DNA of 64,000 nt from Chiloscyllium plagiosum (taxonomy: Eukaryota): NCBI RefSeq assembly GCF_004010195.1, contig NC_057719.1, forward strand, positions 59,065,703-59,129,702, in the 5' to 3' direction. The translations under genes and the position numbers were made by a program. Shown piece by piece: positions 1-11,791 of the stretch. Numbering within the stretch: position 1 is the stretch's first letter; each line of letters begins with the position of its first letter. The notes below the pieces were generated by a model. The model worked only from the letters and a program-made list of their open reading frames with translations. It had not been told where the DNA came from and made no database searches.

Positions 1-1044
1 TTTTGTGTCAGTATTGAATTCAAGGCAGCCCAGAGGGCCGTGACCAGCTGTAGCTTAGTCACCGAAGGCTTTCAACCACGTCTCAAGTAGACACTTCTGG
101 CCCTCCTTCTGTCGTTTCCGGCTTGCCGAATAGGAAATAGCTAATCCCCTAGCAAAGGCCTTAGCAGTCTCCCATAGCATAGATGGACTATTAGCCGTGC
201 CTGAGTTGATAGTCAAGAATTCCTGAAACTCCTTCGAATAGTATTCCACAAATTTGGAATCCTTAAGGAGAAAAGGGTCCAAACATCAGTGTTGCAAACC
301 TAGCCCCTCACTCTTGGCCATAACCTCCAAATATAATGCTGCGTGATCAGAGATAGCTATATTCCCAATTTTACAACCTATAATAGAATCCAGAAGGGCC
401 AAGGGAGCCAGAAAGAAGTCAATCCTCGTGTGACATTTATGTGGGTTTGAAAGAAAAGGTGAAGTCCCTGCCGGTAGGGTGAAGACATCTCCAAATATCC
501 ACCAGCCCCAACTCCTCGCATAAGTCAACCACCTCCTTGGCCTGCGAAGAAATAGTTGGGGACCCACAAGGGCCCCATCTGTCCACTGTCAGATCCAAAA
601 GACAATTAAAACCCCCCCCCCCCCCATAATAATGTGCTGTGTTCCAAATGCACTCAACTGAGAGAAAGCACGAATCAAAAATTTGAGGGGATGTGCCAGA
701 GGACAGTAGACATTTAAAATGCCATATTCCTCCCCATGTATCAGGGCTTTAAGTATCACAAACCATCCCTGCTCATCTTTCACCTGCTCTAATAATGTGA
801 ATGGAAGATTTTTCTGGATAAGTACTGCTACTCCCCTACTTTTAGTAGTAAAGGATGAAAAGAATACCCGGTCATAACCCCCTTGTTGTAATTTCAGGTG
901 TTCCCCATCATCAAGATGGGTTTCCTGCAACAAAGCTATATCAACCCTTTCCCTCTTAAGGCTAGAAAGCACTTTTTTCCTTTTAACAGGTGAATTACTT
1001 CCCTTAATGTTCCGGGCGCACCATTTAATAAGACACTTAGCCAT
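1..1044 (-). pseudogene. L1 ORF2 N-terminal APE endonuclease region, frameshifted
   Basis: MAKCLIKWCARNIKG...ALLQETHL. Frameshift at the C-run near 612-625; RIDFF and SDH motifs follow in another frame. Confidence 0.85.
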
Positions 1045-1639
1045 ATCCCCTTTCAGACACCCTTGAACCCTCTGAGGGAGAACCCTGCTTACAAAGTGCT
1101 GAGCATAAGTAAATAAAGACTCATAGATTTGAAAAACTATATATACAAAAACTACTCTATCATAAGTATAAACAACTATTACTACCAAAAAACTACAAAG
1201 AAAACCAACAATAAAACCTTGAAAGGAAGACTCTTCCCCCCTGCCCATAGGGGGCACTCACCTACCCATCCTCTCCTTCACAGCTCCTTCAAACCCGGAC
1301 TGTGCCCCAGCCTTAGGCCAGAAAAAAAACAAGGAGACGATCCTTATATCAACAAAAAAAAGACAAAGTCAGGATGAGAACTCCACCCATCCCTGGCTTC
1401 ATGCGACTAAAAGAGAAGCAGAACAAACAAAAAACAAAGGGAGAGAGACAACAAAGAATATCCACAAAATTTCCCATCAGAAAATCCAGTTATTAAAAAA
1501 AAAGAAAAACTTATTCCAAAGTCTTTTCCTCCCTATCCAAAAGGAACTTATTAGGGAAAAAGAAAGGAATAAAAAAAAGGGAAAACCTGGGGAAAGATAG
1601 AAAAGAGAACAAACATTAACCATATTCTTCAAGCCAATC

Positions 1640-2501
1640 TGTCTATTTTAAAGTGTCCACAAAGTTTTTAGCCTTATCCGCCGAGTCAAATGTATAAACT
1701 GAGTCCTCGTGGCTGAAACGAAGTATAGCGGGGTACCCCGTCGAGTACTGGATGCCCCAGGTTCCTCAGCCACTTTTTAACTTCATCGAAGGACTTCCTC
1801 TTTCGAATTACAGCTTCAGAGAAATCCTGGAAAAACATGATTTTTGACCCCTTGTACAGCAGTGCCTGCAGATCTTTCCCCAGGGATCTGGAAGCTTCTA
1901 TGACTTTTTGCTGGTCCTTATACAAGTGGAAGTGCACTAGTACCAGGCGGGGACGCTGCACCGGCCCTGACCTGTGCACTGTAACCGAATACGCCCTTTC
2001 CATCTGCAACCTGCTGGACTTGATGTGAAGACCCAAAAACTTCGGCAGCCAGCTTTCAAAGAAGGTGACTGGCTGCTCACCTTCCTCACCTTCAGGGAGC
2101 CCGACAATTCGGAGATTTATCCTCCAACCTCTATCGTCGATATGGTTTCGCAAGCCCCGCACCTCTTGCTCCAGCACCTGGATCTGACTGGATGAGGATT
2201 CCATTGCAGCTTCCAAGGCCTTAGTTCGACCCTCCACCTCCTCCAGCCTCTCCCCGAGGCCCTGGATCTCCTGCTCGTGCTTCTGCAGCATGGATGAGTT
2301 AGGTTGCACCTGGGCACGAATCTCCCTAAGGATTTCCTCAATCGCAGCCATAACTTTCAAGGTAAGTCTCTCCATCACCGCAGCCAATTCCTGTGAGTCT
2401 GTCAGGTCCCCGGCTGCTGCTGCTGCAGTCTCTGGTGTTGTAGGTGCTGCAGGGGAGTGTCTTCCCTGCTGCTGTTTGCTTGCTCCTTTTCCCTTTGGCA
2501 T
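1640..2501 (-). pseudogene. L1 ORF1 (RNA-binding protein), disrupted near the C-terminus
   Basis: First ATG at 2501 (MPKGKGASK). Heptad-rich coiled coil followed by the LRIVGLPE motif; the frame loses L1 character near the 3' end. Confidence 0.8.
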
Positions 2502-2656
2502 CCTTCCCACTCCCAAATACGTGTTCTCTAAGGTTTTAAACTAATAATTCCACCACATAACTTGGCCAGGGATGGCAAAAAACATCGGTATGCCTTGGCT
2601 GTTAGGCAGAGCTGTCCACAGCAGTTCTACAGAATTGCTGCCACCTTGCTGAGTCC

Positions 2657-3058
2657 TTCCTATTCCATTTCTTGAATCGAGGATCAACATTCGCCTCCCT
2701 CCAATCATCCAGTACTACTCCCGTGGAGAGTGAAGATGCAAAGATCATCGCCAGAGTCGCAGCAATCTCATTCCTCGCTTCCCGTAGTAACTTTGGAAAT
2801 GTTTGGTCCCGACCTGGGGACTTCTCTATCTTGATGTTTCCCAGAATTTCCAGCACATCCACTTCCTTAATATCTGTTCAAGTCTATTAAACTGGTCCGC
2901 GATGTTCTCATTATCAACAAGGTCCCTCTTTCTAGTGAAGACTGAAACAAATAAACTAATTTAGGGCCTACCCTACATCTTCAGACTCTAGGCACAAATT
3001 CCCTCCACTATCCCTGATCGGCCCTACCCTGTCTCTGATCATTCTCTTATCCTTCACA
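2657..3058 (-). mobile_element. CR1 LINE ORF2 fragment
   Basis: KSPGRDQTFPKLLREARNEIA...IFASSLSTGVVLDDWREANVDPRFKK matches the CR1 pre-RT motif KSPGPD...P.DWR.ANV.P.FKK. Confidence 0.85.
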
Positions 3059-3059
3059 G

Positions 3060-4606
3060 CGTATTTCTACGTATCTCCCCATGTGATACTAATAACCTTT
3101 CCAGGTCATTTTAACTTTCCTCTGGAAGGTAACTCAATAATTTATTCCAATTTTTGACAACTTCCTCATTGTCCAATTTAATTTGAGGAACATCCTGTTC
3201 AGAATACACTGAACTCGGCTCTTCCCTCTGTATTGTAACCAATAACACAGTCTCCTCTTGCTTTTATTCCCTTTCAAATGCCTTTTGAGCATATTCACAT
3301 GTCACACTCTGTGAGACGTCTGTCTGCCTGGAGTCCTTATTGAATAGTACACCTCACTCAATTTCCTTTCGACTTGATAAGGTCCACTAAACCTTGCTTT
3401 TAAAGGTTCACCTATCACTGGATGCAACACTAACACCTTATCCCTGACAGTAAAATTTTGAGTTTTTGATTTCTTGTCTGCTTCCTGTTTCTCCCTCTCT
3501 TTCTTCCTTTCTTCTCTCTCCTTCTCTCTCTGCTTTAGTTGTAATTCAAACAGTTTCATTCCTGTTGCCATTTCCTTGTCTTTTGCCTCTAACTCAAGCT
3601 GCTTCATTTTCAATTGAGTTTTAGCCATCTCCAAAGGTTCTGATTGTGTTTCCAGCAAATTTAGATGCTGAGCTATTGCTGTAATTATCTCCCCTTTCCT
3701 CACAGAAGGAGGCATCTCCAACCGCAGCTTGTCAGCTAATTCCAGCAGCTTGGCCTTAAACACCATTTGTAAAACCCCAAAGTCACTTCTTCCGCCCCCA
3801 GAAAACTCTTGGTGACTGAAAGCGCCATTGTTATCCCAAGCACTGTTTAAAGCAACTGAATACAACACCCAGGACAAAAGACACGAACACCTACCACTCG
3901 CAGCCTTTGAGTCCAACAACCCTAATTCCAATTGGAATTATAGAACAAATCCAGCAAAGAGCCTCAAATCTGTTATGGACCAGGCCAGACCCCCCCTTAA
4001 ACCATTTCAAGGAACTAGGCCAGACCCTAACTTTGCTAGTTGTTTTAAGCAGGTGGAACACAGATATTCCAGGAGGAATGCAGCCAGTCAAACCACTTAG
4101 TTTTAAATAAAACAGAATTTATTTACAAGATTACAGAATGAAACACAAACCAAATGCAGAATGTGGATAACAACCTTTCTGAAAACCCAACAGATTACCC
4201 CAACTTAATGATGCAGTTCCAAGTACTTGCAACAATCCCCATAAACACCCCATGACACAAAAGGTAAAATCAAATGTAGGTTCTTACAGGAGAGATGTCA
4301 GAGACAGAGTACCAGCATGGACCTGTCTCTTTGGGTCAGCTTCACACTGACTGACTGCTTTCAGTGAACAGCCAGATCAAACCACAGAAAAGCTGAGCTG
4401 GGAGAACTAACCACTCCCCTTTCCTTGTACAAGTGTTTTTTTTTTCAAACTTGAAAGCCTTTTGTCAGAGGCAGTATCTGTTAGCTATAATCAAGCTGGC
4501 CCTAAAACCCTTCAAACCTAGACCTCCTGGAGTCTCTGGGTTTATGAAGCCTCTGAAAAAAAAGCAAAGGACAGCATAGCCTTGTTAAAGGAGCAGCATC
4601 GTCACA
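3060..4606 (-). mobile_element. Internally deleted Gypsy (Gmr1-like) LTR retrotransposon: 5' LTR, gag N-terminus fused to integrase C-terminus
   Basis: LTR 3971-4606 is homologous to 45612-46267. ORF 3302-3931 has a gag-like coiled coil followed by DKVLVL...ARFSGPYQV (GPY/F). Segment 3100-3490 aligns to about 47760-48150. Confidence 0.8.
3971..4606 (-). repeat. LTR (5' LTR of the deleted Gypsy copy)
   Basis: TG...CA termini (tgtta...gtcaca). Collinear with 45612-46267. Minus-strand AATAAA (tttatt near 4118). Adjacent degenerate tRNA-Pro-like primer-binding site at about 3950-3969. Confidence 0.85.
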
Positions 4607-5515
4607 ATAGTTCTTGAAATCAGAGTCGCAGGCAGATAGGGTTGTGAAAAAGGCATTTGGCATGCTTGCCTTCATTGATCAGAACACAGTACGGCGGTTG
4701 AGTTTAGTGATTGGAACAAGGTCAGCCAGGTAGATCTCATAGAATATGAGTTCCTTGACTGGGGCTGTTATCCTGGTCCAATCAGGAATCGCTGGCTGAC
4801 AGATATAAACAGGAGAGTCAGGGATTCTGCTTACTGTAGGAGCTGCCTCTGCACTAGCTGGGTCAGTGTCATGTACTGTGCACATGTAAATAAAGGGAAA
4901 CGTGCTGACCGATCTTTGTGGAGTTATTTCATTGGAATATTATGTTGCGGCTGTACAGGATATTGGTGAGGCCTCTTCTGGAAAACTGCGTACAATTCTG
5001 GTTGCCCTTCTGTAGGAAGGATGTGGCTAAACTTGAGAGGGTGCAGAAAAGATTTGAAAGGATGCTGCTTGGACTGGAGAGTTTGAGCAACAGGGAGAGG
5101 CTGAATAGGCTGGGGCTTTTTTCCCCAGAGCAGAGACTGAGCAGTGACCTGATAGAGGTTAAAAAAGTAATGAGGGACACAGATACGGTGAAGAGCCAAG
5201 GTCTTTTTCCTGGGGTGGGGGAGTCCAAAACTAGACGGCATTGGTTTAAGATGAGAGGGGAAAAGAATAAAAATGATCTGAGGGCTAACTTTTCATGCAG
5301 AGAGTGATGTGTGTATGGAATGAGCTGCCAATGGAAGTGGTGGAGGTGGGTATAATTAAAACATTTAAAAGACATCTGGATGGGTACATGAATAGGAAGG
5401 TTTTTGAGGGATTTGGGCTAAATGCTGGCAATTGGGACTAGGTCAGTTGGGAAGTTTGGCTGGTGTGAACAAGCTGAATTGAAGGGTCTGTTTTCGTGCT
5501 GCATAAGTCTATGAC
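4607..5515 (+). mobile_element. CR1 LINE 3' fragment, interrupted by a short LTR-like insert
   Basis: LYRILVRPLLENCVQFW.P...KDVAKLERVQKRF...L..LGLFS; CR1-type 3' tail ending tctatgac. Confidence 0.9.
4699..4931 (+). repeat. Short solo-LTR-like insertion inside CR1
   Basis: Interrupts CR1 homology. TG...CA ends with CCAAT, TATAAA (about 4804) and AATAAA (about 4889) in LTR order. No clear TSD. Confidence 0.5.
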
Positions 5516-5770
5516 AGTGCACATATGTGATCCTTCTTTTGGGGCACAGATTTTTTTTTGGATAATCCTATCATTTTATCAGGTCCAATCATAGACAGAA
5601 AAACTGACTGTGATATTTTGATACTGCTTCCTATAAACAGCAGAAATGCCTGCGTCATGAGTTTACTACCATCTCCTGGTGGTTATATTGCCAAGGAGAT
5701 CTGATGATCTGCTTTTTGAAGACTTGTCTGTATTTGGCAGACAATTAAATAATTCCTCCAAACATGTGAA

Positions 5771-6138
5771 TCAGGGATGGGATGGGATGGGATTGAATCA
5801 GGGATGGGATGGGATACCTGCAGTGTGGAAACAGGCCATTGGGCCCAACAGGTCCACACCGACTCTCCGATGAGTAACCCACGCAGACACATTCCCCTAC
5901 CCTATTACTCTACATTTATATCTGACCAATGCACCTAACCTACATATCCCTGAACAGTTTGGGCAATTTAGCATGGCCAATTCACCTAACCTTCACATCT
6001 TTGGACCGTGGGAGGAAATCGGAATACTCGGAGGAGACACAGGGAGAACGTGCAAACTCCACACAGTCACTAGAGGCTGGAATCGAAACCGGGTCCCTGG
6101 TGCTGTGACGCAGCAGTGCTAACCACTAAACCACTGTG
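5771..6138 (-). mobile_element. tRNA-derived V-SINE (HE1-like)
   Basis: Minus strand has a Pol III A/B-box head (gtggttagcac...ggtttcgattcc), a V-domain-like core (gtgtggagtttgcac...ttcctcccac..tccaaagatgt) and an (ATCCC)n tail. Confidence 0.85.
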
Positions 6139-6142
6139 TTGC

Positions 6143-6500
6143 TCATAGAATTATAGAATTCCTACAGTATGGAAGCAGACCATTCAGCCCATCAAGTCAA
6201 CAACAAACCTCTGAACAGCATCCCACCCTGACCCACTACCCGACTCTATTACTGTGGCCCTGCATTTCCCATGAACAATCCACCTAGCCTGCACACCCCT
6301 GGATAACTGTGGGCAATTTAGCATGGCCAATCCACCTAACCTGCATTCTTTTGGACTGTGGAAGGAAACTGGAGCATCTGGAGGAAACCCACACAGACAT
6401 GAGGAGAATGTGCAAACTCCACACAGACAGTTGCCTATGCATGGAATTGAACCCAGGTTCCTGGTGCTGTGAAGTTGCATTGTTAACCACTGAACCACAC
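6143..6500 (-). mobile_element. tRNA-derived V-SINE (HE1-like), second adjacent copy
   Basis: Same head, core and CR1-like tail as 5771-6138; ends in ttctat repeats. Confidence 0.85.
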
Positions 6501-6509
6501 ACCAGGTTT

Positions 6510-7700
6510 TCTGATTCTTTGTTAGGAAGCATTGTCCGGCACGAATGTAATTTATCATAATTGGTGTGCTTTGTTTCTCTTCACTTCAGCAAACAATCTC
6601 TGATGCCTACAAAGTCTTCCTCTTGTTCAGTAACGTTATATTGATCAATGGTATTTGGTTTCTGAATGGTTTAGTTTCTTCAACATACTATAGCATTTTA
6701 AAAGTGAAGTTTCTGCTCAAGTGTTACAAGTGTTTGTTCCTGATAATATATACCAGCTGTACATATCATTGGCTTTGTATTTTAAGAGTATTCTTATTAT
6801 GTCTTTAATCTTGAAACATTCTCCCTTCTTATTGCTGTTCTCTACCAGATACAATGGGAAAATCTTCTCCAGTGTCAAGTTTAAAATTAGATGACTGTTA
6901 ACCTGTATGATCTGTTATATCTGGTTCAGATTAGTCATCTAGTACCCCAAGAAAGGTTAATTCATATCTTCCAAAGCTGACATATCATTATATAATGATA
7001 TATGTTGTCCTGAAGAAATGTCTTTCGTACTGGATTTACTTCCAAAGATTTGTGCTGTAAGGGTTAACCACTTTCTGTGGTTCAATGGTTGCTTTTGACT
7101 CTGGAAGTGTCCCACTTTCTTACATAAGTTTCATTTGGCATGATGAAACTGCATATTGTTTCAAAGTTTCCAGTTTATGTGTTGTTATAACTTTAGAAAA
7201 TGGACAATGTCTGATGATCTCCTTAGCTCTGTTCCCATCCTTCTCTTGTGTTGCATTCAAATTTTAGCTTCTACAATTATTTTGAAAGCTCCTTCCAATG
7301 TGAGTTTCACTTTTAATAGTAACAATAAATTAATTAATTAAATTGCTATATATTGACAATGTATTAAGATCATTAATAAAGTTGTCGTCAAGTTATTATG
7401 AAAACTGTATTCTTCTTTCAAATCTTACTCTCTCTATTATACAATTAGTACTTGATGCAAAATGGTTGTCAAATGCTGTTACAATATTATAAAAGGTATT
7501 GGTTTCTTCCATTACATAACATTGTTTTGAAGTATGTACTGTGACTAGACAAACAGGGAGAAGAAATATATTTACTTGTTCTCTGAGTTTCATCCATAAT
7601 CCTAAATTAGTTCTGTCTCTCAAATTGTCTATTCCATATAGTCCAGTTCAATTCTCTGTCTGAATGATTTTAAATCTGATTGGAAGTGTAATATCTTATA
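6510..7700 (-). mobile_element. Highly decayed Ty3/Gypsy gag-pro relic
   Basis: Minus-strand translation gives AFDNHF...N.IIERVRF.RRIQ (gag), CKKVGHF (zinc-knuckle remnant, about 7104-7124) and FKLDTG (aspartic protease motif, about 6868-6885) in the expected order. Confidence 0.65.
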
Positions 7701-8626
7701 TCTAACTGCCACTGTTTCTTTCATTTTAATGATTTCCTTGAAAGCTGTGCAGAGATTTCCCAATTCTTTTGTATATGTATTAATTTTGCTGTTCAATCAC
7801 TTCAATTGTATTAATATTGAAACTTCAAGTTTTTTAAAGATTATAATAATTTCTCTCATTACTGGATAAAGAAGATTAATTGGAAATAAAGCTTTATTAT
7901 TCAAAGCTTTGTTGTTTATATGAAGATTTTTAACTTCTATTTTAGTTTACATTTCAGAAGTATTTCTTAATTTCTGTTAATTAAAATTGAAAAACTTCTA
8001 AATGTTTCAGAATAATTCTTCCATTTTGGTTGCAAAAGTTATTTTCAAGCATTTGTTGAAATACTTTAAATTTGAGAAATACTGCATTTTACCCTTTTGT
8101 ACAAAAAAGTAGGAAACTGTTTATTCATGCAGCTTGCCCCTTCTTCTCCATCACCTTCAAGATATTTTCAGAACTATGAATGATTTATGTCTTTTCAGCT
8201 TCTTTTGCAGTTGCCATGCTATCATGTGTTGAAAAATTGGCATCAGGTTGATAATGATTCACAGAAAAAAATTTTTGTTGAATCTACCATTTTTATAAAA
8301 CACTGGGCTGAGTCTTGTATTGTTTTGGCTAAGTTTGAGTTGTATTGGGTTTTGTGGAGAGATTTTGTTGCAGGTCTAGTGAGTTTTCTCACTGGATCTT
8401 ACCAAACCTGCACCATTACCTACCTACTCAACCCCCATGTCATCCTTCACATCCAATTTCAGCTACATTCGACAACTTGCCATTCCCAGAATGATTTGCC
8501 ACTTAGCAAATATTCCAGAATTCACTAGCATTCCTTACACTTATGCCACTTTACAACTGTTGTGCGCTCAAACAATTTTTGTCAACTTGAAGTTGGCCTG
8601 CACAGTTCTTGACATTTGCCCTGGAC

Positions 8627-9700
8627 ATGGCAGACAGGGGGAAATTGGAGCCTCACTGTGCAAGAAGGGACCTGCAGATCCTGATTGACAGGATGGTGCA
8701 GAGTAGACTTCCTCCTCCCCTAAGACCAGCAGGAGAGGCCACAACTCTGATGTCGCCCTCCAGCTTAGAACAGTCTCAGTCATATGGAGGAATGTAAAAC
8801 ACTGTAACAGAAAGGTCAATTAACTTCTCTACATGACCAGGAAAACTACCATCAGCTTCTGTCTAATACCTCATGCTCATTCTCTCAGCTTCTGTATCCA
8901 CTTCACATAGAGTCACAATCATAGAGTCATACTGCATGGAAACAGACCCTTCGGTCCAACCAGTCCAGGCTGAACATAATCCCAAACTAAACTTGTCTCA
9001 GCTGCCTGCTCCTGGCCCATATTCCTCCAAACCTTTCTGATTCATGTACCTATCTACGAGTCTTTTAAATGTTGTAACTGTGCCCACATCCACCACATCT
9101 TCAGGAAGCATTCAGTATGTGCACCACCCTCTGTGTAACACATTTGCCCCTTATGTGTTTTTCAAATCTCTCTCCTCTCACCTTAAAAATGTGCCCCTAG
9201 ACATGAAATCCCCGTCCTAGAGAAAAGACACCTGGTATTAACCCTATCTATACCCCTCATGATTTTATAAACCTCTTAACCTCCTACACTGCAGTGAAAA
9301 AAGTCCTAGCCTATCCACTTTTATTTATAACTCAAACATTCTATACTCATAAACATCTTGGTGAATGTCTTCTGAACCCTCTCTAGCTTAATAATATCCT
9401 TGCTATAACTGGCTCATGCTCTACCAATTCCACTGTGCTATACAACACCTTTCCTCACTTGCTATCACCCACTCAAATCCCTAACCTTTGAATGCCCTCT
9501 GTGCTTCCTACTGACTCACATGGGACATTTCCCAACCTGAACCAGAAGTAATTACTGCGCTATTCACTTAATACCTATCCTTCTCTCATTCCAGGAGGAA
9601 AACAGGACACGAGAGGGCAGAGTCAAACTGGTGGTGGGCTGCCTGACTTCGGCTCATTATCCCCTATATGGAGAACATCCATACTCAAAGCACACCAAGG
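8627..9700 (+). pseudogene. Decayed Myb/SANT-like gene of a PIF/Harbinger transposon (two exon remnants, CR1 inserted in the intron)
   Basis: MADRGKLEPHCARRDLQILIDRMVQSR at 8627, then an RN..HC..K.N.L-like helix near 8790-8830. After a pyrimidine-rich acceptor (ccag at 9591-9594) comes a QTGGG.PD motif, typical of Harbinger Myb-like proteins. Confidence 0.5.
8906..9413 (-). mobile_element. CR1 LINE 3' end
   Basis: Reverse complement of the CR1 3' tail (catagagtca repeats, ggaaacagacccttcggtccaac) plus terminal ORF2 sequence. Confidence 0.85.
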
Positions 9701-11791
9701 AGCGGACTGACTGTGTACAAACCTCTGGACTGATATCAGGGGCTGTCCTTGACTTAGCGTTAGGAGGCTCTGACTGAATTCTACAGATTCATCATTCTTT
9801 GAGAAGAATTCCTCCTCACCTCAGTCTTGAATGGGCAGCCCTTACTTTAAGATCATGCCTTCTTGTCGAAGGAGAAACAACCTCTCCACAAATACAATGT
9901 CAAGTTCCATAAGAATATTTAAGTAAAAGCAAAACATTGCAGAATGCTGGAAATCTGAAATGGTCACCAAGAATGATGGCAAAATTCTACCTTCTGATTA
10001 CACTGTCCCCTTTTAGCATTATATTCCTATTTACTTCCCCAAATAGAATTGCTTCTTGACAGTAATGCCATCGTCAGGTCATCTAGCTAACCTGTAGCCC
10101 CGGTTTCATTCATACAGGCCACAAGAACCTCAAACCTGTGGACAATTGCAAGACTGAGGTTTCTCCAGGCTAGCTTCTCATTCACCAAAACTGCCTCACT
10201 CAGTCACACCTAAATATGGACCTAATCAGATGACCCTATTTTACTACATTTATATTTTCTTATTCTGTAGTTTTCCTTCATAGTTGACAATGAATAATCA
10301 GTGCACTTCTGCCAAAACTTAGCTCTATTTGTTTTTTTGCATGTAATTCATGACATTAATTATCTTATAGCTCTCTTATTCAAAGCATAAACATAAAATT
10401 ATTTTTTCAAGGCAAGTACGCCTGACTACATGCCTAAGATTTAGAGTTAATCCAAATTAATTTGGATTAGTTCTGAATGAGAGCAAATTGCACTATATAT
10501 TAAATGGCACTACAATAGGGACAATTGTCATAAGGGCAGACAGCTCATGAAAGTGTTTTATGGAATTCCCAACGGCATAGAAAATCAAGAATTGCACTTT
10601 TAGTAGAAAATGTCAAATTCTTCCTTTGCTAAAGAGATGCCTTTGACAATCCATTTAAAAACTGACTAATTCTGGGCTTTAATATATAGATACAAGTGGT
10701 ATGCAATGACATTTGTAGAACATTTTTAAATACCAGTCATCTGTATCTCAGCCAATCAAAACTTTGGTAAGCAGGAAGATAATGTATGCTGGAGCATGAG
10801 GCCTGTTGGATGTAATTTTCGACTGGACCTGTAAAACTACAGCACACTGGAAGGAAGATGCTACAGGAATATTTCAAATTAATGTTCTGTAATCCTGTCA
10901 CATTCCCAGTTGTGAATGGTGGTGGACAATTAAACAACCAATCAGGGGAAGATTCAAGTATTCCGTCCTGAATGATGGAGATGCCCAGTATATCAATGCA
11001 AAAGAAAAAGCTGAAGCATTCATAACTATCTTCAGCCGGAAATGCCTAGTGGTTTGTCCATCTTTGCATCAGCTGATGACCCCCACCATCACAGTAAGAC
11101 TAACTCCACTTGATGTCATGAAACTGACACTGCATGGGATACTGCCAAGGCTGTGGACATTGACAACATCCTAGCTGTGGAGCTGAAGATGTCTCCTCCA
11201 CAGAAGCAAGTGCATGCCATTTAGCCCTTTGAACCTGTTCAGCAAAGCATGAGCTGCTTGGCTATTTGCATCAAGAGGTGAATACAAAGCTATAAACAAA
11301 TCCATTGACAACTAAATGCAATATCCTTGCTCCAGACATTGCCAAAACGAACCACGCCCGTAGCTAAGTTGCTCCAGTATGGTCACAACAGTGGCATCTA
11401 CTGAACAATATGAAAATTGTTTAAGTGTGCACCATCCATAAAAATTAGGACAAATTCAATATTGTCAATTACTACCCACGATCTGCTCTCAATTAATAGA
11501 AAAGTGATGGAAGTTGTTGTTGACGATGCTATCAAGTAACAGTAATTCAGCAATAATCTTCTCACCAACTTTCAGTGTGGGATGTGCCAGAGTACTCAGC
11601 TCCACATGATTTTATATCCTTGGTTTTGTTTTGCTTTGATTTGAGTTACCGTTGTCACATCTACCAAGATGCAATGAAAAGAGTTGTTTTGCATGCTCTA
11701 CAGGCAGATTGTTCCATACAAAGTGCCTCAGGGTAGCAGAACAGAGTGTAGAATACATTGTTACAGCTGCAGAAAAAGTGCAGAGAGAGAC

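Larger units (their letters stand above)
1..2656 (-). mobile_element. L1-clade LINE, 5' portion (5'UTR, ORF1, spacer, start of ORF2), degenerate; runs off the left edge of the window
   Basis: ORF 1686-2516 has L1 ORF1 features (coiled coil, then NLRIVGLPEGEE, MERAY, PRLVLV, IMFFQDFS). ORF2 starts at about 1044 with APE endonuclease motifs (NIKG, IALLQETHL, SRGVA, ILNVYCP, TRIDFF, ISDHA) spread over frameshifted ORFs 589-1257, 286-567 and 55-282. Confidence 0.9.

Noticed and set aside
6070..6138. tRNA gene
   Set aside because: The A/B boxes belong to a SINE head and continue into SINE body; no full cloverleaf.
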